Of a stretch of DNA of 64,000 nt, positions 1 through 10,744 are shown piece by piece. Within the stretch, counting starts at the first letter, position 1. Each line of letters starts with the position of its first letter. The stretch is taken from contig NC_057751.1 in the NCBI RefSeq assembly GCF_004010195.1, positions 19,707,199 to 19,771,198 of the forward strand, written 5' to 3'. The notes under the pieces are model-generated. The model was not told where the DNA came from, did not search any database, and worked only from the letters and a program-made list of their open reading frames with translations. This stretch comes from Chiloscyllium plagiosum (Eukaryota). Position numbers and translations under genes: made by a program.

Positions 1-1285
1 CTTTATATGTTTCTTAACTTCCCTCGTCAGCCACGCCCACCCCTGCCTCCTCAGGATCTTTCTTCCTTTTTGGAATGAACTGATCCTGCATCTTCTGCAT
101 TATACACAGAAATATCTGCCATTGTTCCTCCACTGTCATCCCTGCTAAGGTATTGCACCATTGAACTTTGGCCAGCTCCTCCCTCATAGCTCCATAGTTC
201 CCTTTATTCAACTGAAATATTGTCACTACCGATTGTACCCTCTCCCTTTCAAATTGCAGATTGAAGCTTATTGCATTATGGTCACTACCTCCTAATGGCT
301 CCTTCACTTCGAGGTCCCTGATCAATTCTGGTTCGTTGCACAATACCAGATCCAGAATTGCCTTCTCCGTGGTGGGCTCCAGCACCAGGTGTTCTAAGAA
401 TCCATCTCTGAGGCATTCCACAAAGTCTCTTTCTTGAGGTCCAACACCATTCTGATTCTCCCAGCCTACCTGCATGCTGAAATCCCCCAAACCAACTGTA
501 GTAACATCTTTGCGACAGGCCAATTTCAGCTCCTTATTCAACTTACACCCTACATCCAGACTACTGTTTGGGGGCCTGTAGATAACTCCCAAGAGGGTCT
601 TTCTACCCTTAGAATTTCTTAGCTCTATCCATACTGACTCTACATCCCCTGATTCTAGGTCCCCCCCGTGCAAGGGACTGAATATCATCCCTTACCAACA
701 GGGCCTCCCCACCACCTCTGCCCGTCAGTCTGTCCTTACGATAGCACGTATGGCCTTGAATATTCATTTCCCAGGCCCTGTCCACTTGAAGCCATATCTC
801 AGTTATCCCCACAATATCGTAGCTGCCAATTTCCAAAAGAGCCTCAAGCTCATCCATCTTATTTCTAATACTTCGTGCATTCATATATAGTATTTTTAAT
901 TTGTTACTGCCCTCACCCTTCCTATCAACCCCTATTTCACTCAACCTTACAGCATGACCCCTTTTTGAGTTTTCTGCTTCATTGATACTGTTGTCTTTCT
1001 TGACTTCCCTTGGTCTAAATTTCCCTTCAATTTCCTTCTTAAACTTCCAGTTTGTCCCCTTCTCCCCCCCGCTATTTAGTTTCAACGCAGCTGTGTTGCA
1101 GTAGCAAACCTGCCTGCCAGAATACTGGTCCCTAACCTATTAAGGTGCAAACCGTCTCTTTTGTATAATTTATGCTTATCACAAAACATACCCTAGTGAT
1201 CCAAGAATTTAAATCCTTGCTTCCTGCACCAGTTCCCCAGCCACACATTCAAGTCCATTATCTCTCTGTTCCAAGCCTCTCCAAG
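1..1285 (-). mobile_element. CR1-type LINE, degenerate: ORF1 esterase C-terminus and frameshifted ORF2 APE endonuclease
   Basis: ORFs 609-1085 and 14-688 give LYMNARSIRNK...GITE...YRKDR..GRGGG and GVIYRPP...GDF...LDLVL...GSDHN (APE motifs). Upstream minus strand reads WCRKQGFKFLDH...YKRDGLHLN, an SGNH-esterase-like CR1 ORF1 motif. Confidence 0.9.
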
Positions 1286-1289
1286 GAAC

Positions 1290-1640
1290 TCACCTTCTAT
1301 CCCCAAAAGCCTGCCCACCATCTGCAAGACACAAGTCAATGTGATTAAATACTCACCATTTGCCTAAGGGGTGCAGCTTCAACAACACTCAAGAAGTTCA
1401 ACACCATCAGGGACAAGGGCAGCAAATATATGGGAACACCACTACCCGCAAGTTCCCCTTCAAGTCTCACACCATCCTGACTTGGAAAGATATCGCCATT
1501 CCTTCAGTGTTGTTGGATCAAAATCCTGGAATTCCCTCCTGAATAGCACCATAGCTGTCCCTATACCAAACGAACTTCAGCAATTCAAGAAGGCTTCTCA
1601 GGGCAACCGGCTCAGCCAGTGACACATACATCCCTGTCAA
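1290..1640 (+). mobile_element. 3' fragment of a second LINE family (CR1/L2 group)
   Basis: Shares GGGAACACCA...CAAGTTCCCC...CACCATCCTGACTTGGAA with copies at about 18290-18550, 27640-28100 (-), 28170-28460 and 62290-62500 (-). Confidence 0.7.
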
Positions 1641-1818
1641 CAAATTTTAAAATGGAGTGAATTCTCACAAAGTCTGATTCATTAGAAACAAGTAAAACAT
1701 CCCAAGATACTTAATAGGTGTGTTATCAAGTAAAGGTTGACTCCACATTACATAAGAAGATGGAGAAAAAGGATCAAAAGCTACATCAAAATAGTTGGTT
1801 TTAAAGGATAAAAGTAAT

Positions 1819-2070
1819 GATTAGATTCCCTACAGTGTGGAAACAGGCCCTTCAGCCCAACCAGTCCACACTGACCCTCTGAAGAGTAACCCTCCCAGAC
1901 CCATTTCCCCTCTGACTAATTGACTTAACACTATGGGCAATTTCCCATTGCCAATTCACCTAACCTGCACATCTTTGGACTGTGGGAGGAAACCAGAGCA
2001 CCCAGAGGAACTGGAATTGAACCAGGGACCCTGGTGCTGTGAGGCAGCAGTGCTGACCACTGAGCCACTC
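1819..2070 (-). mobile_element. HE1-type tRNA-derived V-SINE, internally deleted, inserted in an L2 remnant
   Basis: tRNA-like head, V-domain (GTGCAGGTTAGGTGAATTGGC on minus), and CR1-like tail GGGCTGAAGGGCCTGTTTCCACACTGTAGGGAATCTAATC; homologous to the 24012-24290 copy. Confidence 0.85.
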
Positions 2071-2337
2071 TGTAAGGTAGAGAGATGGAGCTGTTTAGGG
2101 AGGGAATTCTAGAGCTCGACAACCCAAGCATCTGAAGACACAGCTGTCAATGGTAGAGCCATGGAAATTGGAGGATGCTTGAGAGCCCAGAATTAGTGAA
2201 GCATTACGATCTCAGAGGATTGTTGGGACTGGAGGAGATTATAAAGATAGGGAGGGATAAGACTATGGAGGAGAACTTTATAATCAACACTGATCACCAC
2301 CTACTTCCCCTTCAACTGATGAATGAGGATTCCTAAA

Positions 2338-2750
2338 TATAAGAACATAGAACTTAGGAGCAGGATAAGGCCATTTGACTGTTCAAACCTGCTCTGTCAT
2401 TGATAAGAGCATAGCTGATCTGGTTTGCAATTGGAACTCTGTCTTCCCTCTATAACCCTAACTGCCTTGTCAATCAAGCCTTGAATAGACCCAGCCACCA
2501 CTGCTTTCTGGGAAGATGAATAACCTTCTGAGAGAGAAAAAGAAATCCTCCTCTCTATCTTAAAAAAACCTATTAATCTTAAACTTTGTCCCCTAGTTCT
2601 AGTCTGTTCCACAAAGGGAAATATTTTCCCAATAACTGCCTGTCAATTCCTTTCAGGATCTTACATGTTGCAATAAGATTACCCCTTATTTTTCTAAACT
2701 CTCAAAGGCTGCACATCCAGCCTGTCCAACCTTTCTTTGTAAGATAAGCC
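2338..2750 (-). mobile_element. CR1 LINE 3' end
   Basis: CATAGAAC...GGAGCAGG...GGCCATT terminus and TRTRGQSLRL-like ORF2 C-terminal remnant. Confidence 0.7.
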
Positions 2751-3049
2751 TTTCGAGCCCTTGTCCCAAGAAGAGATCAGTGATTCCTCATCTGAGAAAA
2801 CAGTCTTTATGGCCAATTTCAATACAGAAGTAAAGATTCTTAAATTGAGCTGGTCTATTCCAGATGACTGTCACCATGGTGCGTTAGTGTACATATTAAA
2901 CTAGCTACCTCTCTCTTCAGTAATGTTTTCTGCCAATTTAGTAGAATTCAAAGGAAACCAAAGGAAGGAAGCTTTAAATATTTTCAGTGCAGGCAATTTC
3001 AAAGCCCTTAAAGAGAACCTAGATTTAATACCTCATTTAAAATGTAGCA

Positions 3050-3310
3050 CTTCCAAAAGTACTCCTTTCTCACAGTATGATCCATGCAACAGTACACTCC
3101 CTCAGTACTAACCCTCTGACTGTTCAGCGTTCCCTCAGTACTGCTTTTGCAATGGTGCAGCACTCCCTTAGTGCTGGATCCTCTGATAGTGCAGCATGCC
3201 CTCAGTTCTGGTCCTCTCAATCTGGATTATATAGTCAAATCTCTGGAGTAGGGTCTGAATCCAAATCTTTGACTCAGACCTAAGAATGCTACCAATTGAA
3301 TTGAAGCTGA
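3050..3310 (-). mobile_element. 5' portion of a DeuSINE (SacSINE1-like) with an internal short tandem motif
   Basis: Repeated CACTCCCTCAGTACT/GTGCAGCA motifs followed by a tRNA-like head on the minus strand. Confidence 0.5.
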
Positions 3311-4329
3311 AACTCCAATATATAAGAATAATTTATCAAAGGCAATACATACTGCACAACATTAACGTTCAGTTCTGATGAAGGATCTGAAGTAAAAGTA
3401 ATTAATTATTTATCCTCTCTACAAAAGCTATGTTTTTAGTATGTGCAGTTTTTATTTCAGATTTCTAGCTTTATCATTTCTGATTCCATCTCCAGAGTTT
3501 TCTTGTTATTCATCATCCCAAAACGTTCATAAGTACAGTCAGTCCACAAATCACTCCATTGTCAGATATTGTGGAATACGGTGGGCAGATTTATGACTGA
3601 GTGTTTTTCTTATTGATGGTGAGAGTCAAAGCCTATTTCATATGAAGCCTTTAATAGCAAATTAATATTAAAACAAAACAAATGTAAAATCATTTATGTA
3701 GTTATTTTAGTCCTCTTTGACCCATAATTAATGGTTTAATTGGCAAGTTACCATTTTAATTCATTAACACTGCTAAATGTAATGAGACCAAAAGCATCTT
3801 TGACGTCCATAAAACATGTTTTTGATGAGCATTAATAATGATTAAACAGGACCGCAGATGGTACAATTTCACACACTGCTCTTTTACTGTTTAAAACTCC
3901 ATTTAGCTTAGACTTAGCACATACATAATAAATGATACGTGCTCCAGCACAGGGATTCTTTAATGAATGGTGTCACTAGCTTCCACATCAATCACTGCCA
4001 GCTCTCACTAAATGTAAAACATTGATTCATTTTTAAGTTCATTTTATTGATGAAACAATTAACTTGTCACCTGATCTCTTCCCCTCACCTCAAGCCTCTG
4101 TCCCTTTCCCGTCTTATTTCTGTGGCTAGCTCTGTTAATATTGACTCCAATAACCTTTCCTCATCCTTTCTCAGTTTTAAAGCCCCCAATTTATGTGCCC
4201 TCTCAACTTGGCTCCACAGTGTGTTGAGAGGACCCATTGCACTACCTCCAACTCCAAATCATTCATTCTCAGACTCAAAAGTGTGCATGTCTTGAGATAC
4301 TTCCGTTCCCTCTACATTCTACAGACATT

Positions 4330-4765
4330 TAAAACCCAAGCTGGAATGAATCGTGCCCCCACCTCTCTGAATCCTGATTGTGCGGTGCCCTGGACAATAG
4401 GCCTTGAGAACTGAGGGAGGACTGCATGTCAGAGATGCCATCTTTGAGGGGAGGACACATGAAACCTGTCTGCCCTCTCAGATGGGATGTAAACAATCCC
4501 GCGGCACTTTTGGAAGAGCAGTAGGGGGATTCCACCCTGGTGTTCTGGCAAACACATCCCTCAATTGATATGCACAAAAAAAATGGGATAGCTGGTTATT
4601 ATGACATTCCTGTTTGTGGAAGATTGGTGTGTGTAGATTTAAAATAAGCAGTGGATCATCAGTTCGACACAATGACAAAAGTCTACGTTTCCTCCACACC
4701 AACAGAAACTACACTTCAAAACTACTGCATTGGCTCGAAAGCACCTTGGGACCCCTTGAAATAAA
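4330..4765 (+). mobile_element. DeuSINE (SacSINE1/AmnSINE1-related) remnant
   Basis: GATGCCATCTTT...GTCTGCCCTCTCAGATGGGATGTAAA...GGCACTTTTGGAAGAGCAG...CCTGTTTGTGG...CTACACTTCAAAACTACTGCATTGGCT, resembling the Deu domain and tail as recalled. Confidence 0.7.
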
Positions 4766-6264
4766 TACGACAAAAAAAAACAAAACTTGCTGGAGAAACT
4801 CAGCAGGTCTCGCAGCAACCATGTAAATCGATCTTCAGCGAAAACCAACTCTGCTTGGAAAACTTCATTAGAAAGTTGCGATGGTGTTCAGTAGATAGCA
4901 GGCTCTGCCTAACCCCCGCCGATGTCAGTACCAGCTCATGACAGTGACCCAGTCCTGCAACCTGCGGAATACAGGGCACTCCGTCTTCACTCTATGCTCG
5001 GGGCGCCAACCTGCAATTCATCAGTTTAAGAAATTTCGTCTTGTTAAAAAGTCAGCGTCTTTTTTATCCCCCGCCCCCTTTCCCAGATTTAGCCAGATTA
5101 GGACTTGGGGAGACTGAGAATGGAATTCCATACAGTTTGGGGAGGGGGGGGGGGTGGTGTGGTGTAGGGTCAGAATTAAATTCAAGGAAGTTAAGTTGAT
5201 TTTCTATCAGACAGCTGGAGGGCGATTCTGCAAATGAAACGTCTAAAAATGACCAAAGCCAGGACAAATGTTTATTAAAATAACCGCGGGCTTGGTTTTA
5301 AAACGACTAACCAGAACGGCTTTGTTTTGGAGCGGGTGGACTAGCACTGATCAGGTACAGAGGGACAGCTACTGGGGGAGGGTGGAGAGGGCAGAGGGTG
5401 GCGAGAGAGAGGCCTCTCAAAGGTCTCAGATAAAGGGCGTCTCAAAAAGGCTCTCCGACAGAAATTGCTTGTCTGGCGAGCAGGATTATTTTGTGTGTGG
5501 GGTGGAGTGTCTATGTGCAGGGCAATGGGAAGCATGGGAGAAGGTTACAAAAATGAGGATTGCATTTGAAACGTCTCGACTTCTGAATTCTACTGGGCTT
5601 AAAAAAAAAGGTATCCCTCGCTTCAGATGGACGACCAGGTCAAGGACAGAGTCTCCGGAGAGGAGAGGGGTGGGGGTGGGAGCCTCGGAAATCGATGATT
5701 CCTGCCCCAAGGCCTCTCATCCATCAGCTGAGGCCCAGTCATTTCCAGAGACAGGCCGAATCCATCTTGATTCAAAGGTCACTGTAAGTCAGAGCTGACG
5801 CGAGCAAAGACAGCAGCACAGGGCGGCTGCAGCACCTCGAAACAGAGAATGGTTTCACAGAGTGTCCGAGGCACCGCCAGGGGACGGCACTGGGAGAGAG
5901 ATTCCCCAGAACGACTCCCCCGCGGGCTCATTGGGTTCAGTTCTTAGGACTGATCCGGAGAAACTCGGCAGCGTCTCTGGAGGGAGAAACAGAGTTAACG
6001 TGAGTGGGGGAGAGCGTTAATCCGAGAGCCAAGCCCGACCAGGCTGGCATGTCACGAAGCACTTCCTCAGGCAGAGGAGAGCTGCAACCTGGACACTCTC
6101 TCAAAAGAGTTTGTTGAGGCTGGCTCGAGGAAAGGGACACCACTTGAACATTTAAAATCAGTTGATGATAGATTTTTGTTCATTCAATTCATGGGGCGGG
6201 TAGTTGGCGTTAAAATATCGATCAGCCAGGATTTGACTGAGTGTCAGAACACGCTTGAAGGATG

Positions 6265-7355
6265 GTCTCCTGCTGTCCCTGTGTAACAGGCTGGAGGAGG
6301 GGGCTGAATGGCCTCCTTCTTCCCGTGTGACAGGCTCGAGGAGGGGGCTGAATGGCCTCCTGTTCCCCTGTGACAGGCTGGAGGAGGAGAGGGCTGAATG
6401 GCCTTCTGCTGTTTCCGTGTGACAGGCTGGAGGAGGGGGCTGAATGGCCTCCTGCTGTCCCTGTGTAACAGGCTGGAGGAGGGGGCTGAATGGCCTCCTG
6501 CTGTCCCTGTGTAACAGGCTCGACGAGGGGGCTGAATGGCCTCCTTTTCCCCTGTGACAGGCTGGAGAAGGAGAGGGCTGAATGGCCTTCTGCTGTTTCC
6601 GTGTGACAGGCTGGAGGAGGGGGCTGAATGGCCTCCTGCTGTCCCTGTGTAACAGGCTGGAGGAGGGGGCTGAATGGCCTCCTGCTGTCCCTGTGTAACA
6701 GGCTCGACGAGGGGGCTGAATGGCCTCCTTTCCCCCTGTGACAGGCTGGAGAAGGAGAGGGCTGAATGGCCTCCTGCTGTTCCTGTGTGACAGGCTTGAG
6801 GGGCAGTGGAGAGGGGGCTGAATGGCCTCCTGTTATCCCTGTGTGACAGGCTGGAGGAGGGGGGATGAATGGCCTCCTGTTGTCCCTGTGTGACAGGCTG
6901 GAGCGGGAGTGGAGAGGGGGCTGAATGGCCTCCTGTTGTCCCTGTGTGACAGGCTGGAGGGGGAGTGGAGAGGGGGCTGAATGGCCTCCTGTTGTCCCTG
7001 TGTGACAGGCTGGAGGGGGAGTGGAGAGGGGGCTGAATGGCCTCCTGTTGTCCCTGTGTGACAGGCTGGAGGAGGGGGGCTGAATGGCCTCCTGTTGTCC
7101 CTGTGTGACAGGCTGGAGGAGGGGGGCTGAATGGCCTCCTGTTATCCCTGTGTGACAGGCTGGAGGGGGGAGTGGAGAGGGGGCTGAATGGCCTCCTGTT
7201 GTCCCTGTGTGACAGGCTGGAGCGGGAGTGGAGAGGGGGCTGAATGGCCTCCTGTTGTCCCTGTGTGATAGGCTGGAGGAGGGGGGCTGAATGGCCTCCT
7301 GTTGTCCCTGTGTGACAGGCTGGAGGGGGAGTGGAGAGGGGGCTGAATGGCCTTC
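6265..7355 (+). repeat. G-rich minisatellite, 22 units of about 44-55 bp
   Basis: Unit consensus ACAGGCTGGAGGAGGGGGCTGAATGGCCTCCTGYTGTCCCTGTGTG; 22 GAATGGCC cores counted by eye. Confidence 0.97.
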
Positions 7356-7984
7356 CCCTTTCGTGAAACGAAGGGACTTGGTAATGAGTTTGCCAATTGC
7401 AGTTCGAGAGTTTGATCTCTGTTTGTTCAGGACGGGGCTGTTAGGCCAAGGGTTCCCACGTCATTGTTGCCTGAAACTGTACAAATCAATCGCAGGTCGG
7501 CATCTTTCTGAACCACAACCCCAGACAGAATCCAAAAGCGAGACAAATGTACCACTAAATCATTTTAAGTATCTTTTTTTTCTGAACGCATTAGAAGATT
7601 ATATAAATCATTTGATACCAACCGGGTTTCCATGATCTCCTCCAAGACTCCTGTTTCCACACAGAATGGAAATTCTCTCCGAGAATCTGACTTGGGGTAA
7701 TTCATTGCCGACCAAATCTTCACCCTTTGCTGTTCTTGCCCCTGCTCGTGTCTTCAAGTGATTGCAGGATACTCGGAGCCTGGACTTTTGTCTTGTTTCC
7801 CCCCTCCCCAGATTTTTTTTTGAAAAGATCAACTGATTCCGAATCCAAGACTCAAACAAAACAGTGAACCGTCCCTCCCAACAAGCGATGGCTTTGGGTG
7901 GTCAGTTGGAAGTTGCAAGGCCGAGAGCGATAGATTTCTGATCGGAGGCTGAAGGTGGTTGGATCGAAAGAAATTCCCGTTCAA

Positions 7985-8210
7985 AATAAAATCCTGCGGA
8001 TGCTGAAAATCTGAAATAAACACAGCGAATGCCGGAGAAACTCAACAGGTCTGGCAGCATCTGTGCACAGAGAGAGAGAGAGAGAACGCAGAGTTAACAT
8101 TTCGAGTCCAGTATAACTCCTTCGGGCGGTTGAAGGGTCACTGGACCTGAAACGTTAACTCTGTTTCTCTCTGCATAGACGCTGCCAGACCTGCGGAGTT
8201 TCTCCGGATC
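7985..8210. mobile_element. Foldback (inverted-arm) Penelope-like mini-element, family B
   Basis: CCGGAGAAACTC..CAGGTCTGGCAGCATCT...CAGAGTTAACATTTC pairs with GAAACGTTAACTCTG...AGACGCTGCCAGACCTGCGGAGTTTCTCCGG. Partial copies near 4785, 5955, 31285-31490, 46990 and 53720. Confidence 0.7.
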
Positions 8211-8566
8211 AGCCATGACCCTCATGGGATAGCGTCGTCCTGTTCCTCCAAGATCACCCCACGGATTTGCTCTCGTCCCAATCAGTTTGCTGTGTTCAGT
8301 CCGAGATATCTTTCTATTGTTTTCGATGTTAACATTTTGTTTTCGATCAGAATGCACGTGCATTTAAAATCCCTGAAGTGTTCGGCAATCCCAACCCCAG
8401 CGATGGAGGGATTTCATCGCAATGAACCCCGGTGGCTGTCTGGTTTGCAGAACGTCGTGTTAAAATGCAATCTGAAAGCATTGTGTGCGAGAGTGAACAA
8501 GCTGAAAACTTGGTCAGCTCCTCTCACCTTTGGATGGGGATCGAAGCAAACCGGAAACCGATTCGT

Positions 8567-8598
<32 letters not shown>
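8567..8598 (+). repeat. (CT)n(CA)n microsatellite
   Basis: Read directly from the sequence. Confidence 0.9.
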
Positions 8599-8599
<1 letters not shown>

Positions 8600-9849
8600 A
8601 CCCATTTTTAAAAAAACAATATTGATAAATCCGATTGAATAGTTTTAGTCATTTGACCCAATGATGGAGGGAGCCAGAGTTTGGCGAGTGATTTCACTTA
8701 TGTCAGGGGCACCACCCAACATCCAGTTTTTTTCGTTTTATACACAAACCTGGTAACAATTACAACTCGGATTAAATGCCAGGACAGTTCACACTGAAGT
8801 CTTAACTGATTCAATCGAATAACTCATGAGCTGGTCCTGTTTCACCTCTTTGGGATTTATAAACCCAAAGACGAGAATCGTTTTTCTCCTTTATCGACGA
8901 CCTGAGAAATATGATATTTTTGTTTGTTCTGGGACGTTTTACTACATTACAGGCGCTATGTAATAAGAAGTTTGTTTTTGTTCTTGTCGAAAACTGCGAT
9001 GTTTCAGGCGGGCACGCTCCTTTCCTCTGAATCTAAACCCGATAACAATCATTCCGTTACAAAGCAGGTTGGAAACGAACATGCATTTCGGTTTTAAGCT
9101 TCACCTCTCCATACTGATCCTTCAATAATTGCAACATCTTGCATTGTAACATTGAGTAATGTCTGACCCCGCGTTCCTTCTCGGTGATTTTAGTTGAAAT
9201 GAAGAGTGGAGTAATTAATACACATTTGTGGTTAAACGCTTTTGAAACAGACTTGAACTTAGTAACAAGGTGAATCCAAACTGGGAGAGAGTCTCGAAGT
9301 TTAGTACACGATAAGCAAATATTGTCAAGACCCAAAACGTCCCGTCCACACACACCCCTCCACTGCCATCCGCAAGTCAACACTGCTGCAATTGTCAATG
9401 TACGGCATAATTTACCAGCTCCCTCCCCCCCAAAAAATCCCATTGATTATTTCACCAATTTAGTGCTGTCCATTTCGGGTCAGTATCACAGACACACGAT
9501 TCCCTGAGCGTGAAAGTTGACTTAAAAGGAACAACAATTTAGAGAGAAAAGCATAGCCAGACAAACCAGAAATCAGAAATTAAACGTGAGGACAATGTCC
9601 GTGATTTATATACACGCTTAGATAGTTCAGGAAAGGTACTGTCACTTAAACAAGGAACATGAACCTGTGTCCAAAGCAGTCAACACTCCAGCTAGCGCAC
9701 CTGAGAGCGCAGGAAGTGGGCTAGGAGAGCGGCTGAGAGCAGCAGAATGGCAGCCTGAGGGAGAGCAGGTATGCTGAGACTGAGTGCGCGGTAACAGGAC
9801 GAAGGTTAATTGGCACTGACACAAGGCGATTTCTTATTTTCTTTCGCTC

Positions 9850-9945
9850 TCCTCCTGACAGCCAGAAAGCCTTTTGTTTGGCCCTTCAGCCAATCCTGGA
9901 TTTTTACGACACCATAGTTGTGGCCAAAGTTGTGATATAAAAAGG
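9850..9945 (+). promoter_or_regulatory. GDF11 proximal promoter: TGACAG, CCAAT box, TTTTACGAC, TATA box
   Basis: TGACAG 9856-9861, CCAAT 9890-9894 (in AGCCAATC), TTTTACGAC 9902-9910, TATAAAAA 9936-9943 about 150 nt upstream of the ATG; no ATG between TATA and the start codon. Confidence 0.75.
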
Positions 9946-10092
9946 GGCGCCTCCGTTGATCACTTATCATCCACCAGCGTGTCACTCACCCACTGTCCTC
10001 TCCTCTCCCGGTTACAGTCCGGATTCCAGAACTACTCATTTTCAACAGGGCATAACAAACACGCGCACACACCCCCCCCCCACAAACAGATC

Positions 10093-10489
10093 ATGCATAA
10101 ATCACACGTTTTCTTTTGCCTGCTGGTGTCTCTTGGATTGACTGTCAGTGATGAGCCAGTTTTGGAGAAGGATTTGGAAGCTAGGGAAAGGCTCTTAGAC
10201 CAGGCGGAACCTCGGAGACAAGAATGCTCAGCCTGCTTATGGAGGGAGCACAGCAAAGCTCTGAGGTTAGAGTCCATTAAATCTCAGATCCTGAGCAAGC
10301 TGCGCCTGAAACAGGCTCCCAACATCAGTCGGGATATTGTCAATCAGCTCCTGCCCAAAGCCCCCCCTTTGCAGCAACTGTTGGACCGATATGATATTCA
10401 AGGGGATGACTGCCTTGCCAAAGAGCCTCTTCTGGAAGACGACGAGTATCACGCCACGACAGAAACTGTCATTACCATGGCCACCGAAC
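10093..10489 (+). CDS. gdf11: GDF11 exon 1: signal peptide and N-terminal prodomain
   Basis: ATG at 10093; [19 protein letters not shown]...[36 protein letters not shown]...QGDD...[15 protein letters not shown]; donor C|GTGAGT at 10489/10490. Confidence 0.95.
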
Positions 10490-10744
10490 GTGAGTACCTC
10501 CGTGCCATCTTCCACACGTTGTGCAATGATCATGCCGATCGGCTCAAACAGATATTAAACGGTATTGGGGAGCTCAGTCTCCGAAAAAGGTTATCTTAAA
10601 AACTTTCATCGCGGCTGTCTGTGTAACAAGAGTTAAATATGAAATGTTGCTATCCAAGTGCTAACAACTTCGTGTTGTTATATCAGGCACCTCCTGGTAG
10701 CTCTCTTAATAAGGAAGCGATTTTTTGAACTATCCCCTTAGCAA

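Noticed and set aside
5268..5798. 176-aa ORF in a GC-richer region
   Set aside because: No recognisable domain or supported splice structure; no exon of an expected neighbour such as CD63 could be recognised.
6265..7355. CRISPR-like array or coding repeat (ORFs 7142-7396, 7291-7635)
   Set aside because: Units are head-to-tail with no unique spacers, the context is eukaryotic, and the ORFs are repeat translations.
9874..10599. 241-aa ORF as a single-exon protein or N-terminally extended GDF11
   Set aside because: It starts at a TTG upstream of the TATA box and reads through the exon 1 donor; the real coding part is 10093-10489.
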